Source: Lacipirellulaceae bacterium
GTDB lineage: Bacteria > Planctomycetota > Planctomycetia > Pirellulales > Lacipirellulaceae
Length of the DNA: 64,000 nt
Assembly: GCA_965228005.1 (NCBI GenBank)
Contig: CBDDGV010000003.1
Span: 828,244-892,243 of the forward strand
Direction of reading: 5' to 3'
The notes below the pieces were generated by a model that did no database searches, was not told where the DNA came from, and saw only the letters and a list, made by a program, of their open reading frames with translations. The number at the start of each line of letters is the position of its first letter. Within the stretch, counting starts at the first letter, position 1. A program made the translations under genes and the position numbers. Positions 47,173 through 57,305 of this stretch are shown here, in pieces.

Positions 47173-49116
47173 CTAGCGCTTGTTGCGCCGGCTCTGGTTC
47201 GCCTGCCGAGAGGTCAGCAGCTTCTGCACCGCCTCTTCCAGCTCGGTCGCCTGCAGGTCGTTGTCGACCAGCCGGCCCTGCTGATCGATCAGCAACAGCA
47301 TCGGCATCGAGGGCACGCCCATCTCGGTGGCCAGACGGCTCTCGAAACCGCCCTCCTCGTGCAGCTGCTTCCACGGCAGGCGGTGCTTCTTGAGGTACGC
47401 CTGCGCGGCGGACCTGTCGTAGTCGAGGTTCACGCCCAAGATTTCCAACCCTTGCTTCCGGTACTTCGTGTACAGCTCCTTCATGATCGCGTGGTCGGTT
47501 TTCGACACGTCCGGAGAAGTCGCCCAGTACTGCACCACCACCACCTTGCCGCGGTAGTTGTTCAGCCCTAGTTTGCCGCCCCCGAGGACCGCCCCGGAAA
47601 TCCGCACCGGCTTGCCCACGCCTGCAAGCCGCGTCAGTGCGCCGCGGGCCCGTGGGGCGTGCACGTTCTGTGGCGCCTGTGTCACAATCCGCTGGTACCA
47701 CTTCGCCGCGGCCTTCGGGTCGGAGATCTCACTACCCAACGCGAGCTGGTAGTACGCCTCGGCGGCCTGCTCGCTCTTGGGGTACTTCTTCACGAACGCT
47801 TCCAGGCTCTCCAGCCAGGCGTCGTTCGTCTTCGCGTGGTCCACCCCCGGCTTGCCCAGGGCGGCCATGTACTCCGCCAGCATCCGCTGGAACTGGAAGT
47901 ACGGAACCAGGTCCTTCGTCCCGGCCCGCTCGGCGAGCTTCTTCTCCCAGCTGGCCAGATACTTCACGCCGCCGTCGAACTGACCCATCTGCGTCGCCGA
48001 ACCCACCGTGTCCGCGATCTGCTTCAGCCACAAACGCTGCTCCTCGGCGCTGGTCGCGGCGGCCGCCAGACGCCCCAACAGCTCCGCCCGCTGCCGGTTC
48101 AGCTTCGGCAACTCCGCGGCCTTCCCCTGGATCATCTTCTGGTCGATCGCGTCCAGCGAGGTCAGCAGCTCCTGCATCTTGTTGTCGTCGCCGGCGCTCG
48201 CCATGGCCGTTGGCAGCGGCACGACGCTGCCTGTGGGGCTGTAGAACAACCCGGCCGTGGCCGTCCCTTCGGAGGAAGCCGCCGGCGCGTCGATCAGCTT
48301 CCACGCATCGCCCACCCGCACCATGGTGCCCAGGTTGAGCTGGTTGTGATCCTCGCCGTCCTGCACCATTGCCCAGGCGTTTTCGTACACCAGCAGGTCC
48401 TTGCCGGCCTTGCCCTCAGCCGGGATCAGCCCCGGCCGCAGCCCGCCGAAGTCGGAGAACTCCGTCTGCTTGCTCAGCCCGGCCTGCTTCGCGTTCGCGG
48501 CGAAGTCTTTGCTCGCCGCGGCAATCCTCTCGGAAACCCGCTTCGACTGCCCCGCCTCCAGGCCGAGCGTCTTCAGCTCGCCGGCGGTCAGCAGCAAGCT
48601 AGCAAACCTGCGCGAGTCGCCCTCGGCCAGCGCGTGCACCGCTTCCTCAGCGGCCTCCTCGGCCGATATCCGCTTCCACTGGTCGATCTTGCCGTCCTGG
48701 TTGCGGTCGATCCCCCAGCGGGTGCCCCCCTGGTGGAACCAACGCGATTGGTCCGCCTTGTTGTCGAAGTCGCTATCGATGTCGCGGTACACCTCCACGC
48801 CGTTGCTGTAGTAGCTCCAGCGGTCGACCACCTTGTCGTTGTTCGTGTCGGCGAACTGCCGCAGCACCACTCCAGCGCCCGAGCGGACCACCCACGCCGT
48901 GGAGTCGCCCACCTTCTCCGCCTTCACGGTGCAGGCTTCCACCTCGCCCGGCTCGGGCCGGTCGTACTCCACGCCCGCCTGGATCGGTTCGTACGCCAGC
49001 GTGTCCGCCACCTTCGGCGCGGCCCACGCGCCCGCGGGCAGCACGACCAAGCAACCTAGCGCAGCCATCCACGGGCGGCGAACAACGGCACAAACGGCGA
49101 GCGGATTCATCGACAA
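47173..49116 (-). CDS. large periplasmic protein with a C-terminal TlpA/thioredoxin-like domain lacking the CxxC motif
   Basis: C-terminal GKVVVVQYWATSPDVSKTDHAIMKELYTKYRKQGLEILGVNLD aligns with TlpA-type thioredoxins, but YWATSP replaces WCxxC. Confidence 0.5.
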   Translation of the reverse strand: MSMNPLAVCAVVRRPWMAALGCLVVLPAGAWAAPKVADTLAYEPIQAGVEYDRPEPGEVEACTVKAEKVGDSTAWVVRSGAGVVLRQFADTNNDKVVDRWSYYSNGVEVYRDIDSDFDNKADQSRWFHQGGTRWGIDRNQDGKIDQWKRISAEEAAEEAVHALAEGDSRRFASLLLTAGELKTLGLEAGQSKRVSERIAAASKDFAANAKQAGLSKQTEFSDFGGLRPGLIPAEGKAGKDLLVYENAWAMVQDGEDHNQLNLGTMVRVGDAWKLIDAPAASSEGTATAGLFYSPTGSVVPLPTAMASAGDDNKMQELLTSLDAIDQKMIQGKAAELPKLNRQRAELLGRLAAAATSAEEQRLWLKQIADTVGSATQMGQFDGGVKYLASWEKKLAERAGTKDLVPYFQFQRMLAEYMAALGKPGVDHAKTNDAWLESLEAFVKKYPKSEQAAEAYYQLALGSEISDPKAAAKWYQRIVTQAPQNVHAPRARGALTRLAGVGKPVRISGAVLGGGKLGLNNYRGKVVVVQYWATSPDVSKTDHAIMKELYTKYRKQGLEILGVNLDYDRSAAQAYLKKHRLPWKQLHEEGGFESRLATEMGVPSMPMLLLIDQQGRLVDNDLQATELEEAVQKLLTSRQANQSRRNKR

Positions 49117-49396
49117 GGGTCCTTTATCGAGAGCGGGTCTGCCCGAACCTCCCTGGCCCGGTGCGGATCACGACAAGCGGGGCTACGCAACAAGCCCCGA
49201 GCCACGACTTATAACGCTCCTGCGGGGCCGGCGGCTAGATCGGATCGCCCGGGCCCGGTCCGTGCCGCCGCGGCGCGCCCCCTGGCGACCCCGCCAGGAG
49301 CGACTTATACTAGCGAATTCCCGTCGCCGCGGCGTCGCCTGCAAGCAATGCCGGCACGCCGAGCGGGCCCCAAACGGGCCCAAACGCCGCGACCGG

Positions 49397-49470
49397 GGGC
49401 GTGTAGCTCAGTTGGTTAGAGCGCAGCCCTGATAAGGCTGAGGTCCCAAGTTCGAATCTTGGCACGCCCA
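49397..49470 (+). tRNA. tRNA-Ile(GAT), chromosomal copy
   Basis: gggcgtg-ta-gctcagttggttagagc-g-cagcc-ctgataa-ggctg-aggtc-ccaag-ttcgaat-cttgg-cacgccc-a. Confidence 0.85.
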
Positions 49471-49529
49471 CTCCTGTTTTCTGTCTCCTGTCTCCCGTCT
49501 CCTGGGGTCCGAAGCTCCCTCCGATTCGA

Positions 49530-50633
49530 TTGCTCCGACCCATCCCGTTGGTGCACGCCATGGGGGCAACGCTTCTAAACGGCCTCATCTACCTCCTCAG
49601 CGTCCCCGCAGCGCTGTGGGCCGCCGGGGCTCTCTTCTACGACGCCGGACGCGCCAAACCACTCGGCATGGTCCTGGTCATCCTCTGGATCGTCGCCGTC
49701 AGCGCGCTCTTCGTGCTGATCTCGCCGCCGTGGAAAGCGTTCGCCGTCTTCGCCCTCGCGATGGCGGTCTTGCTCACCTGGTGGCTCTCGCAGAAGCCCT
49801 CCATGGACCGCGACTGGGACCCCAACTACGCGCGCCTCCCCAGCATGGTGGTCGACGGCGACCAGCTCACCATCCACAACCTCCGCAACACCGACTACCA
49901 GCCCGACGGACAAACCACACCTCGGTTCGAGACGCGCCGCTACCGCATGTCCCAGCTCCGCGGCGTCGACGCCCTCGTCCTCACCTTCGGCGTCCCCACT
50001 ATGAGCCACCCCATGTTCGTCTTCGACTTCGGCGAGGACGGGCGCGTGTGCATCTCCATCGAGGTCCGCTACCGCGTCGGCCAAGACTACGACCTGCTCC
50101 GCAGCATCTACCGCCAACAGGAGCTCATCTACGTCGTCAGCGACGAACGCGACTCCGTCCTCCGGCGCACCCTCGGGCACGCAGACCGCAACCTCTACCT
50201 CTACCGTCTCACCGCCGAGCCGCTCATCGTCCACCAGTTCTTCCTCGAGTACGCCAACAGCGTCAACCACCTCGCCGAGACGCCCCGCTGGTACAACGGC
50301 ATCACCCGAAACTGCACCACCAGCATCTACTCCCAGGCCAAGGGCCGTATGCAATGGGACTGGCGCATCCTCTTCAACGGGGCCCTCGGCCGCATGATGT
50401 ACGAACTCGGCATACTCGACCAAACGCTCCCCTACGATGAGCTCAAGCAGCAGAGCCGCGTGACCGATATCGCCAACCGGGCCCCCGCCGAAGGCTTCAG
50501 CGACTACCTCCGCAGCGAGCTGCCCGGCTACAGCCCTCACGCCGTCGGACACCACAGCGTGGCGTCACTGCCGGCCCAGAGCGGCCCGAAAGAAGACCCG
50601 CCCGAAGCAGCGGAAGAAGGAGCCCCAGCGTGA
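49530..50633 (+). CDS. hypothetical membrane protein (DUF4105/Lnb-N-like)
   Basis: Three N-terminal TM helices followed by a soluble domain. Family assignment tentative. Confidence 0.4.
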   Translation: MLRPIPLVHAMGATLLNGLIYLLSVPAALWAAGALFYDAGRAKPLGMVLVILWIVAVSALFVLISPPWKAFAVFALAMAVLLTWWLSQKPSMDRDWDPNYARLPSMVVDGDQLTIHNLRNTDYQPDGQTTPRFETRRYRMSQLRGVDALVLTFGVPTMSHPMFVFDFGEDGRVCISIEVRYRVGQDYDLLRSIYRQQELIYVVSDERDSVLRRTLGHADRNLYLYRLTAEPLIVHQFFLEYANSVNHLAETPRWYNGITRNCTTSIYSQAKGRMQWDWRILFNGALGRMMYELGILDQTLPYDELKQQSRVTDIANRAPAEGFSDYLRSELPGYSPHAVGHHSVASLPAQSGPKEDPPEAAEEGAPA

Positions 50634-52459
50634 TCCTCGACAAAGTACTGCTCCTCAAGCGCCACCCCTGCTCCCGCGGGCTCGACGAGGCCGCCCTCGA
50701 AGAGATCGCCGAAGACGTCGAGCTGCTCCGCCTCGACCAGGGCGAGGTGATCTGCGAGCCAGGCGACCCGATCTCTAGCGTCTACCTCGTCATCCACGGC
50801 CGGTTGCGCGTCGAGCTCCACGACGAGAAGGGCAACCTCATGGTCGACCGCCTCCTCCGCGCGGGGAGCCAGTTCGGAGGCCTCGCCGCGGCGTTCGGCG
50901 AGCCGATCCCTCTAGGGTGCGTCGTCCAAGACCCGTGCCTGTTGCTCCGCATCGACCACGACCGCGTCGTAGCCCTCACCAAGAAGCACGATGCGCTCCG
51001 TGCCAACTTCGCCCGCCTCATTGCGCTCGGGGTCCGCAACGCAGTCTTCGCCGATAAGACCCCGCGGCCGCCGCGCTTGGTCTCTTTCTTCCACGCCTCC
51101 GACACCACACGCGCTATCACCCAGCAGCTCGTCGAGCGGCTCGCGTCCCTCGGCGAGGCCGTCGGCGTCTTCTCCGACCGTCGGCTGGAATACCCGGGGG
51201 TCAGCGACTACCGCCTCATCAGCGGCGACGATCCCCCCGCTCCGACGGAAATCCAAAACCGGGCCGCCGAGCTCAGCCAGGAAGGCCGCGTTATCTTCGA
51301 TGCGTCCGCCGACTACAACCACGAACGCGCGCTCGACGCCTGCGAGGCCTGCGGCCAACTCTTCTGGTGCGTCACGCCAGATAATTGGGAAGGGTCCCTC
51401 GCCTACCTCCAGAAACTCATGCAACGCGCCCCCACCTGGCGCGACAAGCTCCACATCGTCTGGCTCCTCGAGCCCGGGCAGCACGCCCCAGTCGCCGCCC
51501 CGCTGCGGGAGCACGCCGCAGGCGACTTCAAGCTCTGCTTCGGGCCGCCGACCGAGAACCAAAGCCCCTCGATCAACCACGGCTTCGAGCGGCTCGTCCA
51601 CCGCCTCCGCGGCGTCCAGATCGGCCTCGCCCTCGGCGGCGGGGCGGCCCGCGGCATGGCCCACCTCGGCGTCCTCCGGGCGCTGCTCGACCACGGCATC
51701 GTCGTCGACCAGATCGTCGGCACCAGCGCCGGCGCCATGACCGGCATCCTCGGCGCCGCCGGCTTCCACCCCGACTACCTCATCGAGCGGTTCATGGCCG
51801 ACCTCCGACCGTCGCGCCCCTTCCAGTGGCTGCCGCGCGGAGGCCAGTGGTACCTGCTCTACAAGTACCGCACCCGGCAGTTCGACCCCATGCTCCGCAA
51901 GTACCTGGGGGACGCCCGCATCGAGCAACTCCCTATGCCCGTCCGCTCGGTCGCCGTCGACCTCATCAGCGGCCGGACCGTCGTCCGCAAGAGCGGCGAC
52001 GCCGTACACGGCATCGTCGAGAGCATCAACCTGCCGCTGCTGGCCACCCCCATCAACCGCGAGGGCGAGGCGCTCGTCGACGGCGGGCTGCTCAACAACG
52101 TCCCCGCCGACGTGCTCTCCAAGAACGAGTGCAACTTCATCATCGCCGTCAGCGTCACGGCGAAGATGGAGTTTGAGTTCGCCAGGAACCGCGCCGACAC
52201 GCCGCTCGACAACATGCGGCGCGCCTCCACCATCCAGACGCTGCTCCGCAGCACGCTGGTGCAGAGCTACAACATGAACTCCATCGGCGTCGAGCCGGCC
52301 GACATCGTCATCGAGCCCGACGTCACCGGCTTCGACCTCTCCGACTTCGGCAGCACCGACGCCATGGCCGCCGTCGGCGGCCTCGCCACCGACGACGCCA
52401 TGCCCAAGATCAGGAGCCTCCTCAACAAGCTCGACCCCAAACTCTTCCCCGAGCCCTAG
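50630..52459 (+). CDS. cyclic-nucleotide-binding-domain protein fused to a patatin-like phospholipase
   Basis: GTG start overlaps the upstream stop. N-terminal cNMP-binding-like region. Patatin motifs GGGAARGMAHLGVLRAL (oxyanion), GTSAG (GxSxG) and DGG. Confidence 0.75.
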   Translation: MILDKVLLLKRHPCSRGLDEAALEEIAEDVELLRLDQGEVICEPGDPISSVYLVIHGRLRVELHDEKGNLMVDRLLRAGSQFGGLAAAFGEPIPLGCVVQDPCLLLRIDHDRVVALTKKHDALRANFARLIALGVRNAVFADKTPRPPRLVSFFHASDTTRAITQQLVERLASLGEAVGVFSDRRLEYPGVSDYRLISGDDPPAPTEIQNRAAELSQEGRVIFDASADYNHERALDACEACGQLFWCVTPDNWEGSLAYLQKLMQRAPTWRDKLHIVWLLEPGQHAPVAAPLREHAAGDFKLCFGPPTENQSPSINHGFERLVHRLRGVQIGLALGGGAARGMAHLGVLRALLDHGIVVDQIVGTSAGAMTGILGAAGFHPDYLIERFMADLRPSRPFQWLPRGGQWYLLYKYRTRQFDPMLRKYLGDARIEQLPMPVRSVAVDLISGRTVVRKSGDAVHGIVESINLPLLATPINREGEALVDGGLLNNVPADVLSKNECNFIIAVSVTAKMEFEFARNRADTPLDNMRRASTIQTLLRSTLVQSYNMNSIGVEPADIVIEPDVTGFDLSDFGSTDAMAAVGGLATDDAMPKIRSLLNKLDPKLFPEP

Positions 52460-52537
52460 GGAGTGCGTGTACTTGCTTCAGAGCCGCAAGCACGCAGAGC
52501 CGCAAGCCGTAAGGCTGCGGAAGCCCCACGCCCCCGC

Positions 52538-52603
52538 TTTCTTGTAGCCGCTTTCTTGTAGCTACTTTCTTGTAGCTACTTTCTTGTAGCTACTTTCTTG
52601 TAG
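52538..52603. repeat. five tandem copies of a 14-bp unit (gctttcttgtagct-like)
   Basis: gctttcttgtagcc gctttcttgtagcta ctttcttgtagcta ctttcttgtagcta ctttcttgtagaaag. Lies 310 bp upstream of the FGGY kinase gene. Confidence 0.5.
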
Positions 52604-52914
52604 AAAGTGGCCACCCACTCTGATAAACAGAGGGGTCGAAGCAGGCAGGCACTTGGTTGCCTGCACACGCCACCGCAGAAAACTGGAGCCGCTTTGGCCA
52701 AAACAGACCGCGGCCCGCTCGCCTCCAACAACGACTTCACCCGAAGAAAACCGACCTCTGACCCCCGGCCTCTCACCACTCCCAACAGCCTTTAGGCGTA
52801 TCGCCGCGAGTTCGCCGGCGCACCGCCGACCAAGAACACGCAACACCGTATCAGCCCGCAACTTCCAGCGACCAGCCAACGAATAACGCCAACCGCCAAC
52901 CGACAAAACCCAAC

Positions 52915-54423
52915 ATGCCCACTTCAGGCTACCTCGGAATCGACGCCGGCACGCAGGGACTCTCCGTCCTGTTCGTCGACCAGGCTATGCAGACCGTCGC
53001 CCTTGGCGAAGGCGGCTACGACATGGTCCCTGGCCTCGACGAAGGCTGCTACGAGCAGCACCCCAACGACTGGATCGCCGCCCTGCGCAGCGCCAGCCGC
53101 GAGCTGCACGAAAAGCTCACCGCCCAAGGCGTCCAGCCGGAGGTGCTCGCGGTCGGCATCTCCGGCCAGATGCACGGCGAGGTCCTCGCCGACGAAGCCG
53201 GTCAGCCGCTCGGCCCGGCCCGGCTCTGGTGCGACTCCCGCAACGACGCCGAGGGCGAAGAGCTCACTGAACTGCTGGGAGTCAAAATCCCCAAGCGGAT
53301 GACCGCCGCCCGCTGGCTCTGGACACTCCGCAACCAGCCCGAACGAGCCCGCCGCTGCCGGCACATCACCACCCCCGCGGGTTGGATCGCCCACGCCCTC
53401 ACCGGCGATTGGCAGCTCGGCGTCGGCGACGCCTCGGGGATGTTCCCCATCGACCCCCAGTCCAACGGCTACCGCACCGACCTGCTCGACCGCTTCGCGA
53501 CTGTGGTCGCCGACGCCCCGTCGCTCGCCGAACTACTCCCAGAGCCGCGCATCGCCGGCCAGCCCGCCGGAGTGCTCAACGAAGCCGGAGCCGAACTGCT
53601 CGGCCTGCCCGCCGGAGTCCCCGTCGCCCCCGCCGAGGGCGATCAACCCGCATCCCTCGCCGCCTCGCTCATCGGCTCCCCCGGCATGGTCTCGATGAGC
53701 TTCGGCACTTCCGTGGTGGCCAACTCCGTCAGCGACCGGCCGTTCGAGGGCGTCCACGCAGCCGTCGACCACTTCTGTGCGCCCGACGGCAAGCCGATCA
53801 ACATGGTCTGCCTGCGGAACGGCACCACGTTCCTTAACGCGGTCGTCCAGATGCTCGGCGGCCGGTTTGACGAGGTCATCCCCGCGCTGCTCCAGGCCCC
53901 GCCCGACTGCGGCGGGCTGCTCGCCCTGCCGCTGATGGACGACGAACCCGCCCTCGGCGTCGACGCCGGCGGCACGGCCACGCTGTTTGGCCTCGACCCC
54001 GAGAACGCCACGCCCGGCAACGCCGCCAAAGCCGCTTTGCTGGCCACCACGTTCAACCTCCGCATCGGCTCGGAAGTCCTCGCCGCCCAAGGCCAACCCC
54101 GCACGCGAATCATCCTCACCGGCGGACTTGCCAAGACGCCCGAGCTGGGCCAGATCATCGCCGACGCGTTCGCCACGCCGCTGTTCGTGCCCGACAGCGC
54201 CGACGAAGGAGCCGCCTGGGGCGCCGCGCTCTTGGCCAAGTACCTCCACGCCACAACCTCGGACGCGGCACAGCCCTGGCCCGAGTTCCTCGAGGCCCAC
54301 GCCGCCCCGCCGCTTGCGGAGTTCCAGCCCAACGCCGACCGCAGTCATGCGTACGACGGCGTCTACGCCCGCTATCAGCGGCTGTTGGCCGCCCGAGCGG
54401 CCCTGGCGGCAGTATCCGAATGA
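52915..54423 (+). CDS. FGGY-family carbohydrate kinase
   Basis: N-terminal YLGIDAGTQGLSV. FGGY N- and C-domain motifs (GTSVV, GGLAKTPELGQIIADAF). Confidence 0.7.
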   Translation: MPTSGYLGIDAGTQGLSVLFVDQAMQTVALGEGGYDMVPGLDEGCYEQHPNDWIAALRSASRELHEKLTAQGVQPEVLAVGISGQMHGEVLADEAGQPLGPARLWCDSRNDAEGEELTELLGVKIPKRMTAARWLWTLRNQPERARRCRHITTPAGWIAHALTGDWQLGVGDASGMFPIDPQSNGYRTDLLDRFATVVADAPSLAELLPEPRIAGQPAGVLNEAGAELLGLPAGVPVAPAEGDQPASLAASLIGSPGMVSMSFGTSVVANSVSDRPFEGVHAAVDHFCAPDGKPINMVCLRNGTTFLNAVVQMLGGRFDEVIPALLQAPPDCGGLLALPLMDDEPALGVDAGGTATLFGLDPENATPGNAAKAALLATTFNLRIGSEVLAAQGQPRTRIILTGGLAKTPELGQIIADAFATPLFVPDSADEGAAWGAALLAKYLHATTSDAAQPWPEFLEAHAAPPLAEFQPNADRSHAYDGVYARYQRLLAARAALAAVSE

Positions 54424-55406
54424 CGACGAGCAGCAAACCCACGATCGCGATCTCCACCGGCGACCCCGCCGGCGTCGGGCCCGAGATCGTCTGCAAGGCC
54501 CTCGCCGACGCCGACCTCCGCGACTCCGCGCGCTGGGTGCTGATCGGCGACCGCTGGGTCTTCGAAAAGCAGCAGGAACAAACGCCGCTTGAGATCGACC
54601 AGCACGCCGCCGACTGGCAACAACTCGACGCCAACGCTTCGGTCGCCCTGCTCGACGCCCGCCAACTCCAGCCCGAGCAGGTAACCGTGGGAGCGGTCCA
54701 CGCCGCCTGCGGGGCCGCTTCGCTCGAGTACGTCCGCCAAGCAGCCGCCGCCTGCATCGACGGCCGCGCCGCCGCCATGGTGACCGCCCCGCTCAGCAAA
54801 GAAGCGGTCGCGCTGAACGGCATCGCTTTTACCGGCCACACCGAGTACATCGCCGGCCTCTGCGGCCGCGACGACTCGAGGCTGCTGCTCTACCACAAGC
54901 AGATCTCGGTCGTGCACGTCTCGACCCACGTCAGCCTGGTCGAAGCCGCAAAGCTGGAAGTCGGTCGGATCACCAAGACCATCGAGCTGGGCGCCGACGC
55001 GATGCGGCGGTTCGGCGTCGCCCAGCCCCGCGTCGCGGTCTGCGGCCTCAACCCTCACGCCGGCGAGAACGGCCTGTTCGGCACCGAGGAAACCGAGTTC
55101 ATCGCCCCCGCCATCGAAGCCGCCCGTAGCGCCGGAGTCGACTGCTACGGCCCGCTGCCGGCCGACACGGTCTTCCTGCAGGCGGTCAACGGCGCCCACG
55201 ATCTGGTGGTCGCCATGTACCACGACCAGGGTCACGCGCCGATGAAGCTGTTCGACTTCGAGCACACCGTGAACGTCACCCTCGGCCTGCCGATCATCCG
55301 GACCTCGGTCGACCACGGCACCGCGTACGACATCGCCGGCAAGGGGCTGGCCTCAGAAGTCGACATGCAGACCGCGATGCGGCTGGCGTTGCAGATGACC
55401 CGATGA
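54420..55406 (+). CDS. pdxA: PdxA-family 4-hydroxythreonine-4-phosphate dehydrogenase-like NAD-dependent dehydrogenase
   Basis: IAISTGDPAGVGPEIVCKA, TGHTEYIA, LNPHAGENG, DHGTAYDIAGKG motifs. ATGA overlap with the FGGY kinase. Confidence 0.75.
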   Translation: MTTSSKPTIAISTGDPAGVGPEIVCKALADADLRDSARWVLIGDRWVFEKQQEQTPLEIDQHAADWQQLDANASVALLDARQLQPEQVTVGAVHAACGAASLEYVRQAAAACIDGRAAAMVTAPLSKEAVALNGIAFTGHTEYIAGLCGRDDSRLLLYHKQISVVHVSTHVSLVEAAKLEVGRITKTIELGADAMRRFGVAQPRVAVCGLNPHAGENGLFGTEETEFIAPAIEAARSAGVDCYGPLPADTVFLQAVNGAHDLVVAMYHDQGHAPMKLFDFEHTVNVTLGLPIIRTSVDHGTAYDIAGKGLASEVDMQTAMRLALQMTR

Positions 55407-55588
55407 CCAGCCGCGAAAGTGTGGGCCCCGACCGCCGTCCGGCGCAACCCGACCAAGCCTCATATGCCGCAACCGCCCGCGGCAAACCCCTGCGGGGGAC
55501 TGGAGTATGGCATAGTTGTGTAAGGCCGAGCCGCTACCGCGGGCGGCCCCTGTCTGCCGGTCCTCACAGCACTCAGGCCTCTCTTCAC

Positions 55589-56191
55589 ATGACCACACTC
55601 CGAAGCGGCGGTGCGTCTACAGTCTCCCGGGTCCACTGCGACGCCTGCGACATGGCGTTGCCCCTCCGCCTGGGCGGGATGAGCGAGCGTTCGGCCCAGT
55701 GGGAGTGCGGCCGCTGCGGCTCGTCGTTCATGTCGGTGTACGACACGGTCTCTCCCAAGCACCGGATGTCGCTGATCCGTCTGGGGGACCTGCACTTCGA
55801 CGCCTCGCGGGCCCCGAAGGTCACGCCGCAGATCAAAGCGCGGATCGAGATGATCGTCGAGAGCCAACGCAACGAAGAGTTCCACGAAGCCCGTCGCGAA
55901 AAGCGTATCCGCAGGTCCCTGCCGATCACCGGCGTCCGCGTCGACGAGAACCTGTCTCCTACGGGCGGGGGCTTCTCGGCGATGCTCGTGGATATCTCTA
56001 CGGGCGGCTTGGGCATGGTGAGCTTGGAGCCGATCGACACCGAGTCGGTCATCGTGCAACTCCCCAAACCCCAGGATCGGCTGATGCAGGTTGTCCTGAA
56101 GATCACGCACAACCACGAGATCGACCGCGACCTGTACCGCGTGGGCGGCCCGCTCGTTGGCCGGTTCGCCGAAGCGGTCGTTCAGGCCTGA
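55589..56191 (+). CDS. PilZ-domain-like protein with N-terminal Cys4 cluster
   Basis: CDACDM...CGRCG zinc-ribbon-like, then RREKRIRRSL...DISTGGLGM resembling PilZ RxxxR / DxSxGG. Confidence 0.45.
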   Translation: MTTLRSGGASTVSRVHCDACDMALPLRLGGMSERSAQWECGRCGSSFMSVYDTVSPKHRMSLIRLGDLHFDASRAPKVTPQIKARIEMIVESQRNEEFHEARREKRIRRSLPITGVRVDENLSPTGGGFSAMLVDISTGGLGMVSLEPIDTESVIVQLPKPQDRLMQVVLKITHNHEIDRDLYRVGGPLVGRFAEAVVQA

Positions 56192-56239
56192 CTAAAAAAC
56201 CAGCGTCCTGCTCTCCGCAATCGGTTAGCTCTAGAGCGG

Positions 56240-56980
56240 CTAAGCCGCAAGGCGATCGGCCGATTCGTGGCCGCCGCTCTGCTCGCGGTGGGCTTTCAAT
56301 GACGGGCGTTCGGGCAGTTCTTCCCGAGCCTGATCTGGGTAGGACTGCAGCAGGTAGTGCGCCACAAGGCACCCGATCGCCCAGCCGACGAGCACGTCGG
56401 AGAGGAAGTGGGCCCCGACGACGAGCCGCTGGACGCCGACCCCAAGCGCCAACAGCGTGAAGAGCGTTCGCCCCCGAGGGTAGAGCCAGGTCAGACCGAT
56501 CGCGAGTCCCGCTGCTGTGGCCGCGTGGGCGGAAGGGAAGCTCTGGCCGCCTGCACCGGCGCTGATGAGCGGCAGGAAGTCGGTGAATGTCTCCAGGTTG
56601 CTGAGGCCTTCCAATTGAAGCTGGCGGGGGCGCTGGCGGCTGACGATCAGCTTCAGCACATCGGCGGCGAGCCCGCCGCCGAACGCGCAGGCGGCCAACC
56701 AGGGGACCAGCTTCCGGCGGAGTGGATCGAGGTTGGCCACCACGGCCAACACCAGCAGCACCCCGAGGCCGTGGCCGAACATCTCGGCCATGAACAGCAG
56801 GTCCGTGGACAAGCCCTGGAAACGGACGGGGAGCAGGGCGCGTTGCAGGGGGACGTCGACAACCAACGCCGAGCCGAACAGTACCGCGGCCGTCGCGGCG
56901 GCCAAGCCCAGCCGGAAGGCAGTGCGCTCCCTCAACGGGGTGCGTTCGCCGTTCAGAGCGCGGACGCTTGCTGTTGTCAC
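56240..56980 (-). CDS. PAP2-family phosphatase (phosphatidic acid phosphatase type 2)
   Basis: KLIVSRQRP, SFPSAHA, GAHFLSDVLVGWAIG motifs. Six TM helices. Confidence 0.7.
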   Translation of the reverse strand: MTTASVRALNGERTPLRERTAFRLGLAAATAAVLFGSALVVDVPLQRALLPVRFQGLSTDLLFMAEMFGHGLGVLLVLAVVANLDPLRRKLVPWLAACAFGGGLAADVLKLIVSRQRPRQLQLEGLSNLETFTDFLPLISAGAGGQSFPSAHAATAAGLAIGLTWLYPRGRTLFTLLALGVGVQRLVVGAHFLSDVLVGWAIGCLVAHYLLQSYPDQAREELPERPSLKAHREQSGGHESADRLAA

Positions 56981-57305
56981 CTGACCCCCCAGGAAGTGAC
57001 GGACGACCTTCGCGGTACGCTAGCTAATTGCTGCCGATCGACCGGCTCCGGTCCACACAGTCGAAGCGCCTCGGCCCGGCAGTAGAAGTGATCGGGCGGG
57101 GGGCCGCACAGCTGCGGAAAAACCTCGGTTTTTCTCTTGCTCTTCAGCGGATGTTAACGGCCGCTTCATAGGGAGACCGCCCAATCGACTCGGCTTGTTG
57201 GGCCCCGGCCCATTCCATAACCTCCGCGCGATAATTTGCTCGCCAGAGGAGCCGATTTCTGCTCGCTCCATAACTCCTTACTCTGTTCAGCCGGAGGCGT
57301 GAGCC

